64,000 nucleotides of DNA from positions 10,863,175 through 10,927,174 of the forward strand of contig MU056000.1 in assembly GCA_013239625.1 (NCBI GenBank), read 5' to 3'. Positions within the stretch are counted from its first letter, which is position 1; each line of letters begins with the position of its first letter. Below the pieces are notes generated by a model, which did no database searches, had not been told where the DNA came from, and saw nothing but the letters and a program-made list of their open reading frames with translations. A program made the translations under genes and the position numbers. The stretch is from Lama guanicoe. Lineage: Eukaryota. Shown here in pieces: positions 11,254 to 23,560 of this stretch.

Positions 11254-11724
11254 AATACAAAGTCTACACATTGTATTCCACAGAAGAAATTACTTTGTTG
11301 GTGGCGGTTGGGTGTGTGTGGAAGAGTAGCATTTCTTTTTTGAAATCGCAGCATATATGATAATTTAGCATTTCTTTTTCTGCCTTCACTGTGGGTATAC
11401 TACTGTCTGTGAATTTATTTTCAGCCTGAAATTAAACATTTCTTCAAGGCAGGCCAGGCCAATTTCCTGGGTCTCACACTCAGAAAAATGGCAAGTGTCT
11501 GACTGCTTCTTAAAATATTTGCATCAGTTAGGAATTATGGTAACTCTATTAGCAACACACTCAAAGAAGATCAAGGCTTAAACAAGATAAGGAGTTGATT
11601 TTTCTGTTAAGTAGTGAGATGCCCCAATTTTAGGCACAAGGTTGGTACATGTGGAAAATCGCAAAATTGACCACAACTTTTTCTGCAGATCTTCCTATCA
11701 AGTAGTGAGGTCTGCTTCATTAAC

Positions 11725-12046
11725 CCCATGAGTCCATGGGAGACAGAGAAAGATGGGGAAACAGCCTGCTGGTGGAGCAGGCAGAACACACGTTGATGTT
11801 ATATTTGCAGTTTGTAGCGCCCCCAAACAATGACAATAGTCACATCAAAGGTCACTGATCATAGATCACCAAAACAAATCTAATAACAATGAAAAAGCTT
11901 GAAACATTGTGAGAATAACCAAAATGTAACTCAGAGACAAAGAAACAAATGTTGTTGGAAAAATGGTGCTGATAGACTTGCCCCAAACCTTCAATTTGTA
12001 AAGAACACAGTATCTGTGAAGCATGATAAAATGGGGGATGCTTGTA
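11725..12046 (-). mobile_element. Tigger1-family DNA transposon, left-end fragment
   Basis: Reverse strand ta|caagcatccc...ttacaaattgaaggtttggggcaagtctatcagcaccatttttccaaca...gtgatctatgatcagtgacctttgatgtgactattg matches the Tigger1 5' end, with TA next to the terminus. Confidence 0.85.
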
Positions 12047-13029
12047 CATAGAACAACTCTATCATAACTAGATCTGAGACATCGTAGATGACTCAAAAAT
12101 GAGTTTAATGAATCTCTGGCTTTATTTTATTTGCTCTCATCCCTGGGGATAGGACCATGATAGCCGATTAGGATCTCAAAATGTTTTATTTCCTTCTGAG
12201 ATTTGTAGTAAAGAAAAAGGGACAAGCAAGCAGGAACATTATTTTGAGATCTACTCAGAGATCAAATCTGAAAAGGACTGTGTGGTATAGATAGATTAAA
12301 TCAGAAAGGAAGGATTGGGGAAAATTGTCAGTGCCTCCAGATTCTTTTAGCATGTCAGATTTTGTCAGTTTTTATTTTAGCCTCCATCATGTAAAGCTTA
12401 CATATCTAAATCCTGGTGCATGATTGAACCAAAGTAAATCTGAGTATAATCCATCACGGAATTAATCTGTGTAAAAATCAATGCCAAATAAAAATGGGTA
12501 TCAGTCAGTCTACTGATCTGACTACATATTTATCCTAAGGTGTCTAAGAAAACAAAACATTAAGTGTAATTACTGTGCACATCACTTGCACATCCAGAAT
12601 TGTTTGAGATGCTCTACAGCAGGGATTTTGAGTTTATCTGGGGTGGAATCTCCTTTAATGAAATTTCTAACCTGTCCACATCTGATACTTGGTCATCCTG
12701 CACATGACTAGTAGGCGGTTCATGCCACCTATGACTCATCACGAAAGTTTGACCGTCCCCCAAATACTCCATACCTGTTCACAAGGTGACCCCACAGATC
12801 GCACCCTTGGATGGTATAGAAATAGAAAATTGCTATAAAAATCTCTAAGTACTTACTCTTGTTTCTTGTATTTATCTCACTGCTGTGACAATAAATCTTA
12901 AGACTGGCCACAAAGAAGGAAAAGACATGCTCTGCCCCAGGGAAACTGAGCATCTTGTTGGGAAGGTAACAATTAAGGAAGGGAAGTCATTATTCTAAAA
13001 GCATATAAGAAAGTATGAACACTGCTGTT

Positions 13030-13515
13030 TCTATTGTGTCTCCAATGAACAGATCTGTAGACAAGAATTCAGGTGGAGGTAGATCATGGGGAAACGACCT
13101 CAGGAAGTACTCCTAAGGGAGTGGGGATATGAGGTAGAGAAAGGAAAGATGCCAATACAGAGTGCCTTCAGAGGGAGGTTATTGTGATGGGAGACTGAGA
13201 CGAATCCTGCTGGACCCCTTAGATTGTGTGACACGATCTGGTGACAGACTGGGAGTATATACCTTCCAGCTTCCACAGGTCACTGGTTGAGACTTGCTTT
13301 GTTCCTGGGGAATTCCTGCACTTCGTCCTGCTCCACACATGTGCTGGCCAGCATGTTCTGTTGACCAGAGAAAGCCTTCAGGCAGAGTCCCGGGTCCTTA
13401 TATCACAAAGCCAAAGGTGTGCAAGGGAATGAGGAGGAATGAATGAATGAATGAGAAGGAATGAATGAATGAATGAGGAGGAATGAATGGGGCATGGCTG
13501 GCATCTGCTGCCATT
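13030..13515 (-). mobile_element. Old ERVL-class LTR
   Basis: agacaagaattcaggtggaggtag...caggaagtactcctaagggagtgggga...agggaggttattgtgatgggagactgag pattern; subfamily uncertain. Confidence 0.55.
13428..13489 (+). repeat. (GAAT)-based tandem repeat, ~22 bp unit x ~3
   Basis: gaatgaggaggaatgaatgaat repeated directly. Confidence 0.85.
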
Positions 13516-13819
13516 GTGTATAAATACATTAATAACCCTACATAATCAATAACCATAAATATAAGTAAACCCAAGGCAGGAGAATATCAAGCATTATTCA
13601 AGGAATTATTCTTGGAGGAAGTTTAGTTTGAATGGGGCTATCAAGGATGGGTTCAAATAGAATGTCAGAGAGAAGAGGGCCTCTTAATCTAGGTGGAGGT
13701 AGTGAAATCAACAAGGACAAAGACTCTGGAGTGAGTAAACACAGTGTGGCATCTACAAAGGAGACCCTGCTTGGGACAGAGGTGCCATATTGGAGAACAG
13801 ACTGGGGCTTTCTTGGTAC

Positions 13820-14108
13820 TATTGACCTAAAACAAATAGACTGCCAAATATTTCTCCAGCAAAGATGGGTTTATTTGGCATCAGCAGAAAACTGGAATTT
13901 GCGGTCTGCAACCATGGTGAGCCATGTGCAAGTCCCAGCAGGAAGAGAAGGAGAGTGCTCTTGTGGAGGGAAAAAGGAAGTTGAAAGGACTATAGAAAAC
14001 AAAGAGTTCACAGTGTTTTATTGGCTGAGTCTTTGCAGGGTGTGAGAGCTCCCTCTTCTGGCCACCTGACTGTATTTAATTGAGGCGTCTATTTATTAAA
14101 TTTTTACA
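13820..14108 (-). mobile_element. ERV-like LTR fragment
   Basis: gggtttatttggcatcagcag...ttttattggctgag...tttttaca; contains the reverse poly(A) signal; family not assigned. Confidence 0.45.
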
Positions 14109-14755
14109 GTACTGATTGAAGATGTCATGAGTGCAACATAATAAATATGATTATAATCACTGACATGTAGTATGCATTTATAAATGTTTATTACTGGGCT
14201 GAGCACTGTATTTTTATTTTTGTTATCTTTTTTTGATGTAACATGCACAAAACTTTACTTCATAATAATATCCTGAGGTAGGAAATTTCACATTTAAAAG
14301 AATTTCTCCAAATTAATATAAATTTGTTCTTGTGAAATAAGAGATGAGGCCGCTGGCCCTGAGTTTACCTTCAAATGCTTACTTTCTAAGTTCCTGGAGT
14401 TCCTTGAAGGCAAGTAGCTCTGTGTCAAGTGTGGGCATAAGAGCCTTTGTCAAGGCAGAAGTACCTAGAAGCTTTGCCCACTTAAGATTCTAAGGCTTCC
14501 ACGTGGGGAAACCAGGCACTAGACCCACTAATCATGAGCCTGGAAGGCCTCAGTTAACCACCTTCTGTGTCTATGGAAGACTCTCAACATCTCTCATTTC
14601 TAAGCCAGTCTACTTTTGCCCTTTGGGACAATAAGACCATTTGGGGCTTGGAATATTAGGGGTGCTTAAAAATTTCTGTTTTCATTTCTATGATTCAAAA
14701 TTCCCAGATAAGAAATTCAGAACTTTAAACACAGTTTCTGCCTAGCTTCTTCAGA

Positions 14756-16179
14756 TGTGAGAAAACTATTCCTTTTGGTCCTCTAGGTCTATAAGCACAA
14801 AAACCTAAATTGGTATTTTGTGGAATAAAATTCGTATTTTATGATAAGGCAAGTAAAATTTAAGCAAAAACGTTCCCCTGTCCTTTGGCCTCCTCTCTCC
14901 CCACTCGTGCATTGTGTGTCTGCCTTATGCATCAACCAAACCTCCCCCCATGGGCAGGAATAACTGCTCAACCGTAAAAAGCAATATTCTCCTAGCATCA
15001 ACAAGACAACCCTTTAAAATGTAACACTCCCTCTAAGAAAGGGGAACCCTCCTACACTGCTGGTGGGAATGCAGTTTGGTGCAGCCACTATGGAAAACAG
15101 TGTGGAGATTCCTCAAAAGACTAGGAATAGACTTACCATATGACCCAGGAATCCCACTCCTGGGCTTGTACCCAGAAGGAAATCTACTTCAGGACGACAC
15201 CTGCACCCCAATGTTCATAGCAGCACTATTTACAATAGCCAAAACATGGAAACAACCTAAATGTCCATCAACAGGTGACTGGATAAAGAAGATGTGGTAT
15301 ATTTATACAATGGAATACTACTCAGCCATAAAAACCGACAACATAATGCCATTTGCAGCAACATGGATGATCCTAGAGAATGTCATTCTAAGTGAAGTAA
15401 GCCAGAAAGAGAAAGAAAAATACCATATGAGATCGCTCATATGTGGAATCTAAAAAACAAAAACAAACAAAAAAAAAGCATAAATACAGGACAGAAATAG
15501 ACTCATGGACAGAGAATACAGACTTGTGGTTACGGGGGGGGGTAGAGGGTGGGAAGGGATAGACTGGGATTTCAAAATTGTAGAATAGATAAACAAGATT
15601 ACACTGTATAGCACAGGGAAATATACACAAAATGTTATGATAAATCACAGAGAAAAAAATGTGACAATGAAAAAAAAAAGTAATTGTGTTTATTTGATAC
15701 ATGTGAAAAATAATCAAATTTAGTACCAATGTGTACATTCCTAACTTGCTGGCTGGAGATCATTTAGGAGCTGAATATGTCAAAGCCACAGAGAACTTGT
15801 GTGTTAGATCTCCTTCAGTTAGTAAACTTTACTGTGTCCCATGTATGTTTGTTAAAAAAATAAAACCAAAAGCCTTTGTACTAAAAAAAAATACAATAAA
15901 GATACAGATATACATAGAAAAAAAAATAAAATGTAACACTCCCTCTTGATCTTGTAAGGGGTCACATGACCCACCACGATGTGCTTAAATCTGGATTATA
16001 GACTGTCAACAGCATGTCATCTGATGTAGGGCCCTCTGTCTCAAAATACATATATGACTGTGCTTTGTCTTCTAATGGGCAGAACAGTTCTCAGAGCTTC
16101 CTGGGTTATAATCCTCAGACTTGGCTGGAATAAAATTTTCCATTTCCTTCTTAGATTGACTGATTAATTTTTCATCAAA
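14756..16179 (+). mobile_element. ERV1 solo LTR (MER34/39-like), split by an L1 insertion at 15035-15926
   Basis: 5' tgtgagaaaac; 3' gaacagttctcagagc...ctgggttataatcctcag...aataaaattttcc...gattaatttttcatca. The two halves are joined by a duplicated target site. Confidence 0.7.
15035..15679 (+). mobile_element. Young 5'-truncated L1 (ORF2 C-terminus plus 3'-shortened 3'UTR)
   Basis: ORF 15076-15453 ([13 protein letters not shown]...CTPMFIAALFTIAKTWKQPKCPS...ICGI) is an uninterrupted L1 ORF2 C-terminus. TSD (t)aaaatgtaacactccctct at 15015-15034 and 15927-15946. Confidence 0.96.
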
Positions 16180-16204
16180 AATCCTAGTTGGTTACCTTGG
16201 CACA

Positions 16205-16300
16205 TATAGTCACCACAACAACCCTATGAGGTAATATTATAACACTCGTAAAGGGGAAGTTGAGGCTTAGTGAGGTTTTAGAAATACACCGAAGATTACA
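16205..16300 (+). mobile_element. MIR fragment
   Basis: cacaacaaccctatgaggta...ggggaagttgaggcttagtgaggtt. Confidence 0.65.
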
Positions 16301-16899
16301 TTGGTAGTGGGACATCTGTCTAACTTCATGGTTGTAGCATCCCCAAAACTATGTATGTGGTCATTCAAATTTGATTTGATAGTAACTGCATACCTTTGCA
16401 AAATCTGAAGCTCTTGTGCAAGTTTAAGAAAGCAATCTTTTGAATGTTTTAAAGAAGTGAACGAATGGAGATGTGGAGACTTTTGAAGAGGCTGGATCAG
16501 TAATCCACACATGAAGTTGAAACTGGGAGACATCGTGGAGGATGATTCATTGATTACCTAGGGCAACAGAAGAAGGGGAATTTGAGCACAGACAGAGATA
16601 AAGGTAGGTTTCAAAATCTGTCCTCCCTCCACTCCTGAATGTCTCATTAAATATTTAAGGTTTTTCCTCACTTAATTATCACATAAATGGCTACATGGAG
16701 CAGTTAAAATCTAATAATCCTGTCATCATGGTCCCAAACCAAATTCACTTATAGTTACTATTGAGTCTGAACATTAAATCTTTCTGATAAACTTTAATTT
16801 TCCAATGGAACAAACAACTTTGATATTGTATTAAGTTTATAGAATACATTTTAGGTGATTAGGCAGGATTATATTAAGACTGTCCAGGCTGCAACATGA

Positions 16900-17300
16900 T
16901 ATGTTTGTCTGTCTTTCCATTTTTTTCTTTTATGATCTTCAATAAAGTTTAAAAAATTTTTCTTCTTGTTAAGCTTGCACATTTCTCAAACAGTACATTT
17001 CTATACCTTTTATATTAGCTGTTGCTGATATAAATGGATTTGCTTTCATTATATCACCTAACCTATTATTGCTAATACAAAAGAAAGCTATTATTCTGGT
17101 ATATTTATCTTATGTTAGAGAAACAATTCTCAGTAGATCGTAGGGTTGTCAACAGTTTTCATTATTCTTCTGGGTATTCTAGATGGATAATTCATATTAT
17201 TTGCAAATAATAATTACTTTCTAATAATAACATCTTTTCCCTTTTTGCTTAGTGCATTGGCTGGAAACACAGACAATGTTGAAAAATAATGATAGTTCTA
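16900..17300 (-). mobile_element. Old L1 ORF2 fragment
   Basis: T-rich strand with tgttgctgatataaatggat...tattattgctaatacaaaagaaagctatt...gcaaataataat...tgcattggctgga, decayed L1M antisense motifs. Confidence 0.6.
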
Positions 17301-18423
17301 AAACTTTTAAACCTTTATAGCAAGCAGTACAAGTCCGATAAAACCAAACTGTAAATCACGTAATACTTCAAATTATTATTTTGGATTAGATTTGTTGAAC
17401 AAAGGGCTGTAGTTATGTTAATTCAACAAACCATAATTCTGAGGCAAATCACTTCTTTAAAAGGAAACTCATCATAAATGGGAATTGACTGAATTCCACA
17501 AGATACTAGTGTCTTCATGAGGCAAGATCTTGGTACCTGAAATATTTAATATATGATATCTGGCTGAACAGTTCATTTCCAGAGAATTTTTGGCTCACTC
17601 AAACAAGCTCTACCACTTTTGAAAATGTCTCCTTTGGATAAAGGGCACACTGGGAAGTTTATACTATTGAAAGCAGCAGTAAATACAATATATAGTTTAT
17701 TGTTAAAGAGATTTGAAAGATTATTTATATTAGGTATTTATTTCAAGCATGGGTATATGATGGTTCACTTTTATTCCTTCCCATGGACTAAAATAAAATG
17801 ACATCATTAAAAATCATCTGAAAATAATTAGGATTGTGTCACTACTTGGATTCTGAGTGGGAACAAATAGGCACATTGGCAGGGAAAGTGATCAGAGGTA
17901 GTGCTAGGGAAACTCTGGACACTGGAAGAAACAAATATCTTTCAATACTGACTGAAGTAGAGTCATGTGCCCAGGGAGGGATGCTGGAGAAGTGAACCCG
18001 GTGGTGATCATTGACCCTGGCCAGGAAATAAAACAGGTGTCCAAAATCCAAAAAGAGCAAAGTTGTCTGTTAGGTTTCAACAGGGATCAAATCCCACAAC
18101 ATAAAAAAAGAAGGTGTCATAACCACCAAACCTCCAAAGCTAATGTAAATTGGGTAATTGGAACAATTTTGCCTGATGTCTTTCTTTTTATTTTGCCAAG
18201 TACATATTTTAGTGGTGATCCTACAAAGTTACAAATACTTACAATAAGCACCCAGGGGCTCTTATCTGATTGATTCTAGATACTTAATTAAATCTTTTCC
18301 TTTGTTTTAGATATGAACTCCTGAATGAGAGGGTAGCATCTAAGAGCAGGGCTCTAGCTATGAGTCCAAACTGACACAATCCCTTGGCTTTTCTCCAAAT
18401 TTTTCTCCAAAAAAAATTGCTTT

Positions 18424-18552
18424 CTCACAGCGAAAAAAAAAATGTGACAATGAATATATGTATGTTCACGTATAACTGAAAAATTGTGCTCTACACTGGA
18501 AATTGACACATTGTAAAATGACTGTAACTCAATAAAAAATGTTTAAAAAAAA
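18424..18552 (+). mobile_element. Short young L1 3' end
   Basis: ctcacagcgaaaaaaaaaatgtgacaatgaatatatg...ctcaataaaaaatgtttaaaa; flanking repeat aattgcttt on both sides. Confidence 0.9.
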
Positions 18553-19024
18553 GAATTGCTTTTTGGAGAAAGATTGACATAAGCAAAGTCAGATAACAGG
18601 GGTGGATAATCGGTAGAATAAGCACACACACACCCCCCCCCCAGGAATTAAGTACACATAGCGAATGCGTGGAATTGAATTAATGATGGCATATGATATA
18701 CAATCCTGCCTTGATTCACACAAAACAGGCACTGTCAGGTACTTGGATGTTGCCTACGAAATCTACTTTTTCTGATCTGTAGGATCAAACATGCACTTCA
18801 CTGACGTTTGGCCAATAAAAATTCTGTTGAGGAGACATCGAACTCTGTGCTCTACATAAATGTTTCACCATTTTGGTCTTTGATAAGACATTTACTTGTT
18901 GTTCTGTAGTAACATTTCTTTAACTGACAGGGTAGCACAACAAAAAGACTCGTATTAATTGTATTTAAATAAAAGTATAGATCAGAGAATATAACCAATA
19001 TTTTATCAAGACTATAAATGGAGT

Positions 19025-19110
19025 ATAACCTTTAAAAATTGTGAATCACTATACTGTACACCTGTAACTTATATAATATTGTGCATCAACTGTAAGACAA
19101 TAAAAATTTT
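19025..19110 (+). mobile_element. L1 3' terminal fragment (older subfamily)
   Basis: ttgtgaatcactatactgtacacctgtaacttatataatattgtgcatcaactgt...aataaaa. Confidence 0.75.
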
Positions 19111-19390
19111 TTCATAAACAAAAGTTTAGAGAACCTTCACTTACCCAGAAAACTAAAATTAGGATCTTCTGGTAAACCAATTGTTTTGGTTATGTGAGGA
19201 TTATGTATTCAGAGTGCACACACTGAACAAAAATAGCATAATTTGGTTAATTTCTGATAGTCCACAAGGGTTATGTCATTCCTTAAGATCCTTATTTTTC
19301 AATAATTATCATTGTATGGCACCATGCACTAAATCTGGTGATTTGTAATTTGATTTACTATCATTTAAATTTTAGATAACTAGAAGTTTC

Positions 19391-19437
19391 AATTCATAAT
19401 TCTGAATCAATTCATAATTCTGAATCAATCATAATTC
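19391..19437 (+). repeat. 18-bp tandem repeat x ~2.5
   Basis: aattcataattctgaatc repeated. Confidence 0.85.
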
Positions 19438-20373
19438 TTTCCCCTTGGAAGAAAAATAATCTTCAAGTGGCTTTGTTGTAGAGGAATTACATTTCCTAGA
19501 AGGTGTGTGCCTCAGGGAACTCTGTAGAACAGACATCTCATTTATAATCAGACCAATAAAACTTATCTCAATTTTGGAAAACAGAAGAACTCTGCAGGGT
19601 GTTGGGAGCTCCCAGTCACTGTGACCTTGAAAACCCTTCCAGCCTCACACACAGTACCTTAAAATGAAGTTTGTGCAGGATCTGGTACAGCCGAGCAAAA
19701 GAGACCAGGTTCAATTTTCATGATATTAAGATTGTATTATACCAGAAATTAATGATGATTGCACAGGGTTCTAAACACTTTCCACATACTAATAAACACC
19801 AGAGCTGGAAGAAAATATGTAACTAATGCCACAGCAGCTGCTGACTGCTGCCAAACTCTGCCACCCACAAAAGAAGTTACAACACTGCTGCATTATTATT
19901 ACAGTCTATGCCCTTTGTAAATATTTGTTTTTAATAAAATGACCCATAGGTAGCAAAAATACTTAACTTAGTTTTGAAAGTCCTCTAGCATGACTGTAGG
20001 AGACACAGTAAAGGAGAAACTATCAAACACAAAGCCTCAAAGCACTTGGAAGAACATTTTGTGGAAACAGCTTATGGTTCTCCTGCTGCAGATGGGATGG
20101 AGAAAGTACCATGTGATTAAAGCACCTTTTCTAAATTTTTTAAATGGGCACTTGTTGTTGAATTGCCCAGCACCTTTTCTTTTTGAGGATAACTCAGCTA
20201 TTTTAGAGAAATGGCTCACTCCTTGGCCAGTGACAGTATCCTGTTTGCCAAACCACCCCTACTTTTCTGAAGACACAGGAGAGCACAAACATGAACCTGC
20301 CTGGCCAGTTAGTCTTTCCTTTAGGGTTTTCCAGCCGTGACCTAGAGAAGTGTAGCCCTTACTCTCAGGTGGT

Positions 20374-20384
20374 GAAACGAAAGT
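20374..20384 (+). promoter_or_regulatory. ISRE/IRF-like motif (candidate)
   Basis: GAAACGAAAGT in non-repetitive sequence; motif match only. Confidence 0.3.
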
Positions 20385-20619
20385 GTGAGTCCAGAGATGC
20401 TAGCTGCCTTTTGGAGAAAGCTAGTCTGCCACAGGAGGTAAAAAAGCTGCCAGTCAGTATGAAGCAGAAGCCAGCAGCAGGCATGACCCACAGCCTCAAG
20501 TCCCTGATTCCTGCTACCTGCTGCTCTACCTGGCTTTTCTCAGTGGTGCAAGCCAACCAATTCCCCTTTGTGCCCAAGGTGATTTGAACTGTGTCTTGAC
20601 CTACACTTCCCCTTTCAAG

Positions 20620-20745
20620 AATAGATTGATGCCAGCTTTTATTAGTTGCCTCGTGATCTTGCACAAGCTACGTAATCTCTCTAGCTGTTTTCTGTATCTG
20701 TAAAATGGGAACCATAACATTATTGAGAGGATTAAATGAGCTACT
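20620..20745 (-). mobile_element. MIR fragment
   Basis: gtgatcttgcacaagctacgtaatctctct...ctgtaaaatggga...gagaggattaaatgag. Confidence 0.7.
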
Positions 20746-20840
20746 AGAAATATATTTTGTATTTATCTGTTTATCATCAGTCTCTTTCACTATAAGAATG
20801 AGGACTGGTTCTGTGATGATTTTACAACATAGCCCATAGA

Positions 20841-21728
20841 TTAATTATCAGAGAAATGCAAATCAAAACTACAATGACTGCACCTCACAGCAGTTAGAAT
20901 GGCCATCATTAAAAAGTCCATGAATGATAAATACTGGAGAGGGTGTGGGGAAAAAGGAACCTTCCTACACTGCTGGTGGGAATGCAGTCTGGTGCAGCCA
21001 TTATAGAAAACTGTGGAGATTCCTCAAAAAACTAAAAATAGGTTTACCCTATGATTCAGCAATCCCATTTCTGGGTATATATTTGGAGGGAACTCTAAAT
21101 CAAAAAGACACATGCACCCCAATGTTCATAGCAGCACTACATACAACAGCCAAGACATGAAAGCAACCTAAATGTCCATCGACAGATGACTGGGTAAAGA
21201 AGTTGTGCCATATTTATACAATGGAATACTACTCAGTTATAAAAAAGAATAAAATAATGCCATTTGCAGCAACACGGATGGACCTGGAGACTGTCATTCT
21301 AAGTGAAGTAAGCCATAAGGAGAAAGAAAAATACCATGTGATATCACTGATATGTGGAATTAACTTATAAGGTAAAAAAAAAAAAAGAAAGAAAAGATTG
21401 TATGAACTCATCTACAAAGCAGAAACAGACTTGCAGACATAGTAAACAATCTTATGGCTACTGGAGAAAGGTGGTGGGAAGGGATAAATATGCGAATTTG
21501 AGATTTGCAAATGTTAGCCACTATATATAAAAAAAGATTTTTAAAAATATTTCTTTTATATAGCACAGGGAACTATATTTAATATCTTATAATAACCTTT
21601 AATGAAAAAGAATATGAAAACAAATATATGTATGTATATGCATGACTGGGACACTGTACAGTACATTAGAAATTGACACATTGTAACTGATTGTACTTCA
21701 ATAAAAATAAAATGAAATAGAATAAAAT
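20841..21728 (+). mobile_element. 5'-truncated L1 (ORF2 C-terminus + 3'UTR), inserted near the start of an MLT1 remnant
   Basis: [11 protein letters not shown]...GGNAVWCS...CTPMFIAAL; 3'UTR and AATAAA/A tail. MLT1-like aattctttgacattcc...taaccaatagaatg resumes at ~21735. Confidence 0.92.
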
Positions 21729-22129
21729 ATAGGTCCAAATTCTTTGACATTCCATCCAATCAAAAGAAATAATTTTACCTTATTTCCTTGAATGTGGGTC
21801 AGTTTGTGACCATTTTAACCAATAGAATGCTATGTGTGTGTGTACGTATTTATATAAATATAGTACATATGTAATTTATGTATATATGTAATTTATGACC
21901 AGTAAAAAGTTATATATTTGCTTTTTTATTTTTTAACCAAAGTTATCACATTCCTTTAATTTTTTCAGTTCTTTTTAGATTTTCCAAACTTTCAAACATT
22001 CTAATTAATCAAAATGAAAAACAAAATAAAATAAAACTTATCTATGTATGTATGTAATCTTAGCCTGCAAATATTTATTAATTGTCCTTCAAGTCTCCAG
22101 TAAGGTGTCATGCCCTTCATGAAAACATA

Positions 22130-22430
22130 TATAATTTCATGTACCTATGCCAGAAATTCTATATAATAGATACCTCTAAGTAAGATTGCTGAATCAAAGG
22201 AGTTATATATTTTACTGTGGATTGACTCTGCCATATGGTCTCACAAAAGGTTAGACCAGTTTATATTCCTATCAAAAAAATATGACTAACTCTTTACACC
22301 ATTGCTAACATGAGCTATTATCAAACTTAAAAATGAATGCAGATTATGAGTAAGAATTATCTCACTGTTTCAGTTTCCATTTTTCTGATTTCAGTTAGGA
22401 AATCTTTGCAAGTGTTTCAACACATTTATC
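22130..22430 (-). mobile_element. Old L1 ORF2 fragment
   Basis: agatacctctaagtaagattgctgaatcaaagg...accagtttatattcctatca...tatctcactgtttcagtttccatttttctgatt. Confidence 0.65.
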
Positions 22431-22719
22431 TAAAGGCTTAAAAATCAGTTGGGCAAAAATATAAGCAAAAATATTTTTTATCTACAGAAAAATCATCTTT
22501 TATTAAAAATGTTTTAGAACAAACAAAATAATTTAAGATGCCTGGATGTAAGGTCAACACAAACTGAATGGTTTTCAACTTGCTGTAATGATATTCACTA
22601 AGTAACAAAACTATTTGTCTTTTATTCAACTTATATAATGAATGATAATTAGTAGATATGGGTACAAAATATAGACAGCAAACCACACATGATTTCTTGG
22701 TACAATACCTTCTGAGAGG

Positions 22720-23560
22720 TATGAGTAGGAATAAGTGGCAAAGAATTTTTGAAGTGAAAGAAGAATGAGAAAAGGAGAGGATTGAGAGTTAAGAAAATTG
22801 GCAAGAAAAAGATTATAATGATGGACTGTGGAGTTTAAATTGGGTAGAAGGGAGGTGAAGACACAAGGATATGGATAAGGAAAAAGTCATATGTTCAATG
22901 GTTTTATATTTTGTTTAGAAGAATAAAATGATGGAATTAAGTAATTAGCTGAATAATGCAATGTGGTTATTGCTGAATGAGAAGCTTGAAACTCAGGATT
23001 TCAAGATAATGCAATAATAAGAAATGACTAAGTCAAGTAGATGACTGTGACATTGCTAATGGGAGGTGGAAAATAAGATCCCTGGAAGCAAAGAGCCCAA
23101 AAGGCAGAGAGATGAATTGTTGGGGGATAATTTATGTAAATGCTGTCACCAAATAAAATGATGAAGAAGTTAAGAGTGAAAATAAAGACAGTGATGCAGG
23201 TGCTATATGGTCATCATCAGAGAGTGAAGGATGTGAGTGGGATGTTGGTAGATGATAACTGAAGAATGTTTATTAAGTGGCAAAATCAGATGGTGTGAGC
23301 TTCCCAGGAAATGCAAAGTTTGAAATCAGAAGATGATTTGGAAGCGGCAGTGAAGAGCATGGAGGAAACTTACCCCACCTCCAGGTCTTGAAAGACACAA
23401 AAGCTATGGAACAGCATCCACTGAAGAGGGTGACAGGAATCAGTATTATCAGAGGATAGGCAGGAAGGTGAAGGAAATTTTCAGAGAAGTTGAAGATACA
23501 TAGGAGTTTGTGGGTGACAGAGCCTTCAGAGGACACAATTCAAGGGCCCAAAGTAAGGGA
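22720..23560 (-). mobile_element. Old LINE internal region (L2-like)
   Basis: Long purine-rich + strand tract typical of antisense L2 ORF2; highly decayed. Confidence 0.5.

Noticed and set aside
13632..14045. 137-aa ORF
   Set aside because: Runs across repeat remnants; no protein family recognised.
15076..15453. 125-aa ORF as a host gene
   Set aside because: It is the C-terminus of L1 ORF2 in a 5'-truncated element.
13428..19437. Short tandem repeats (13428-13489, 19391-19437) as CRISPR-like arrays
   Set aside because: No unique spacers; simple eukaryotic slippage repeats.
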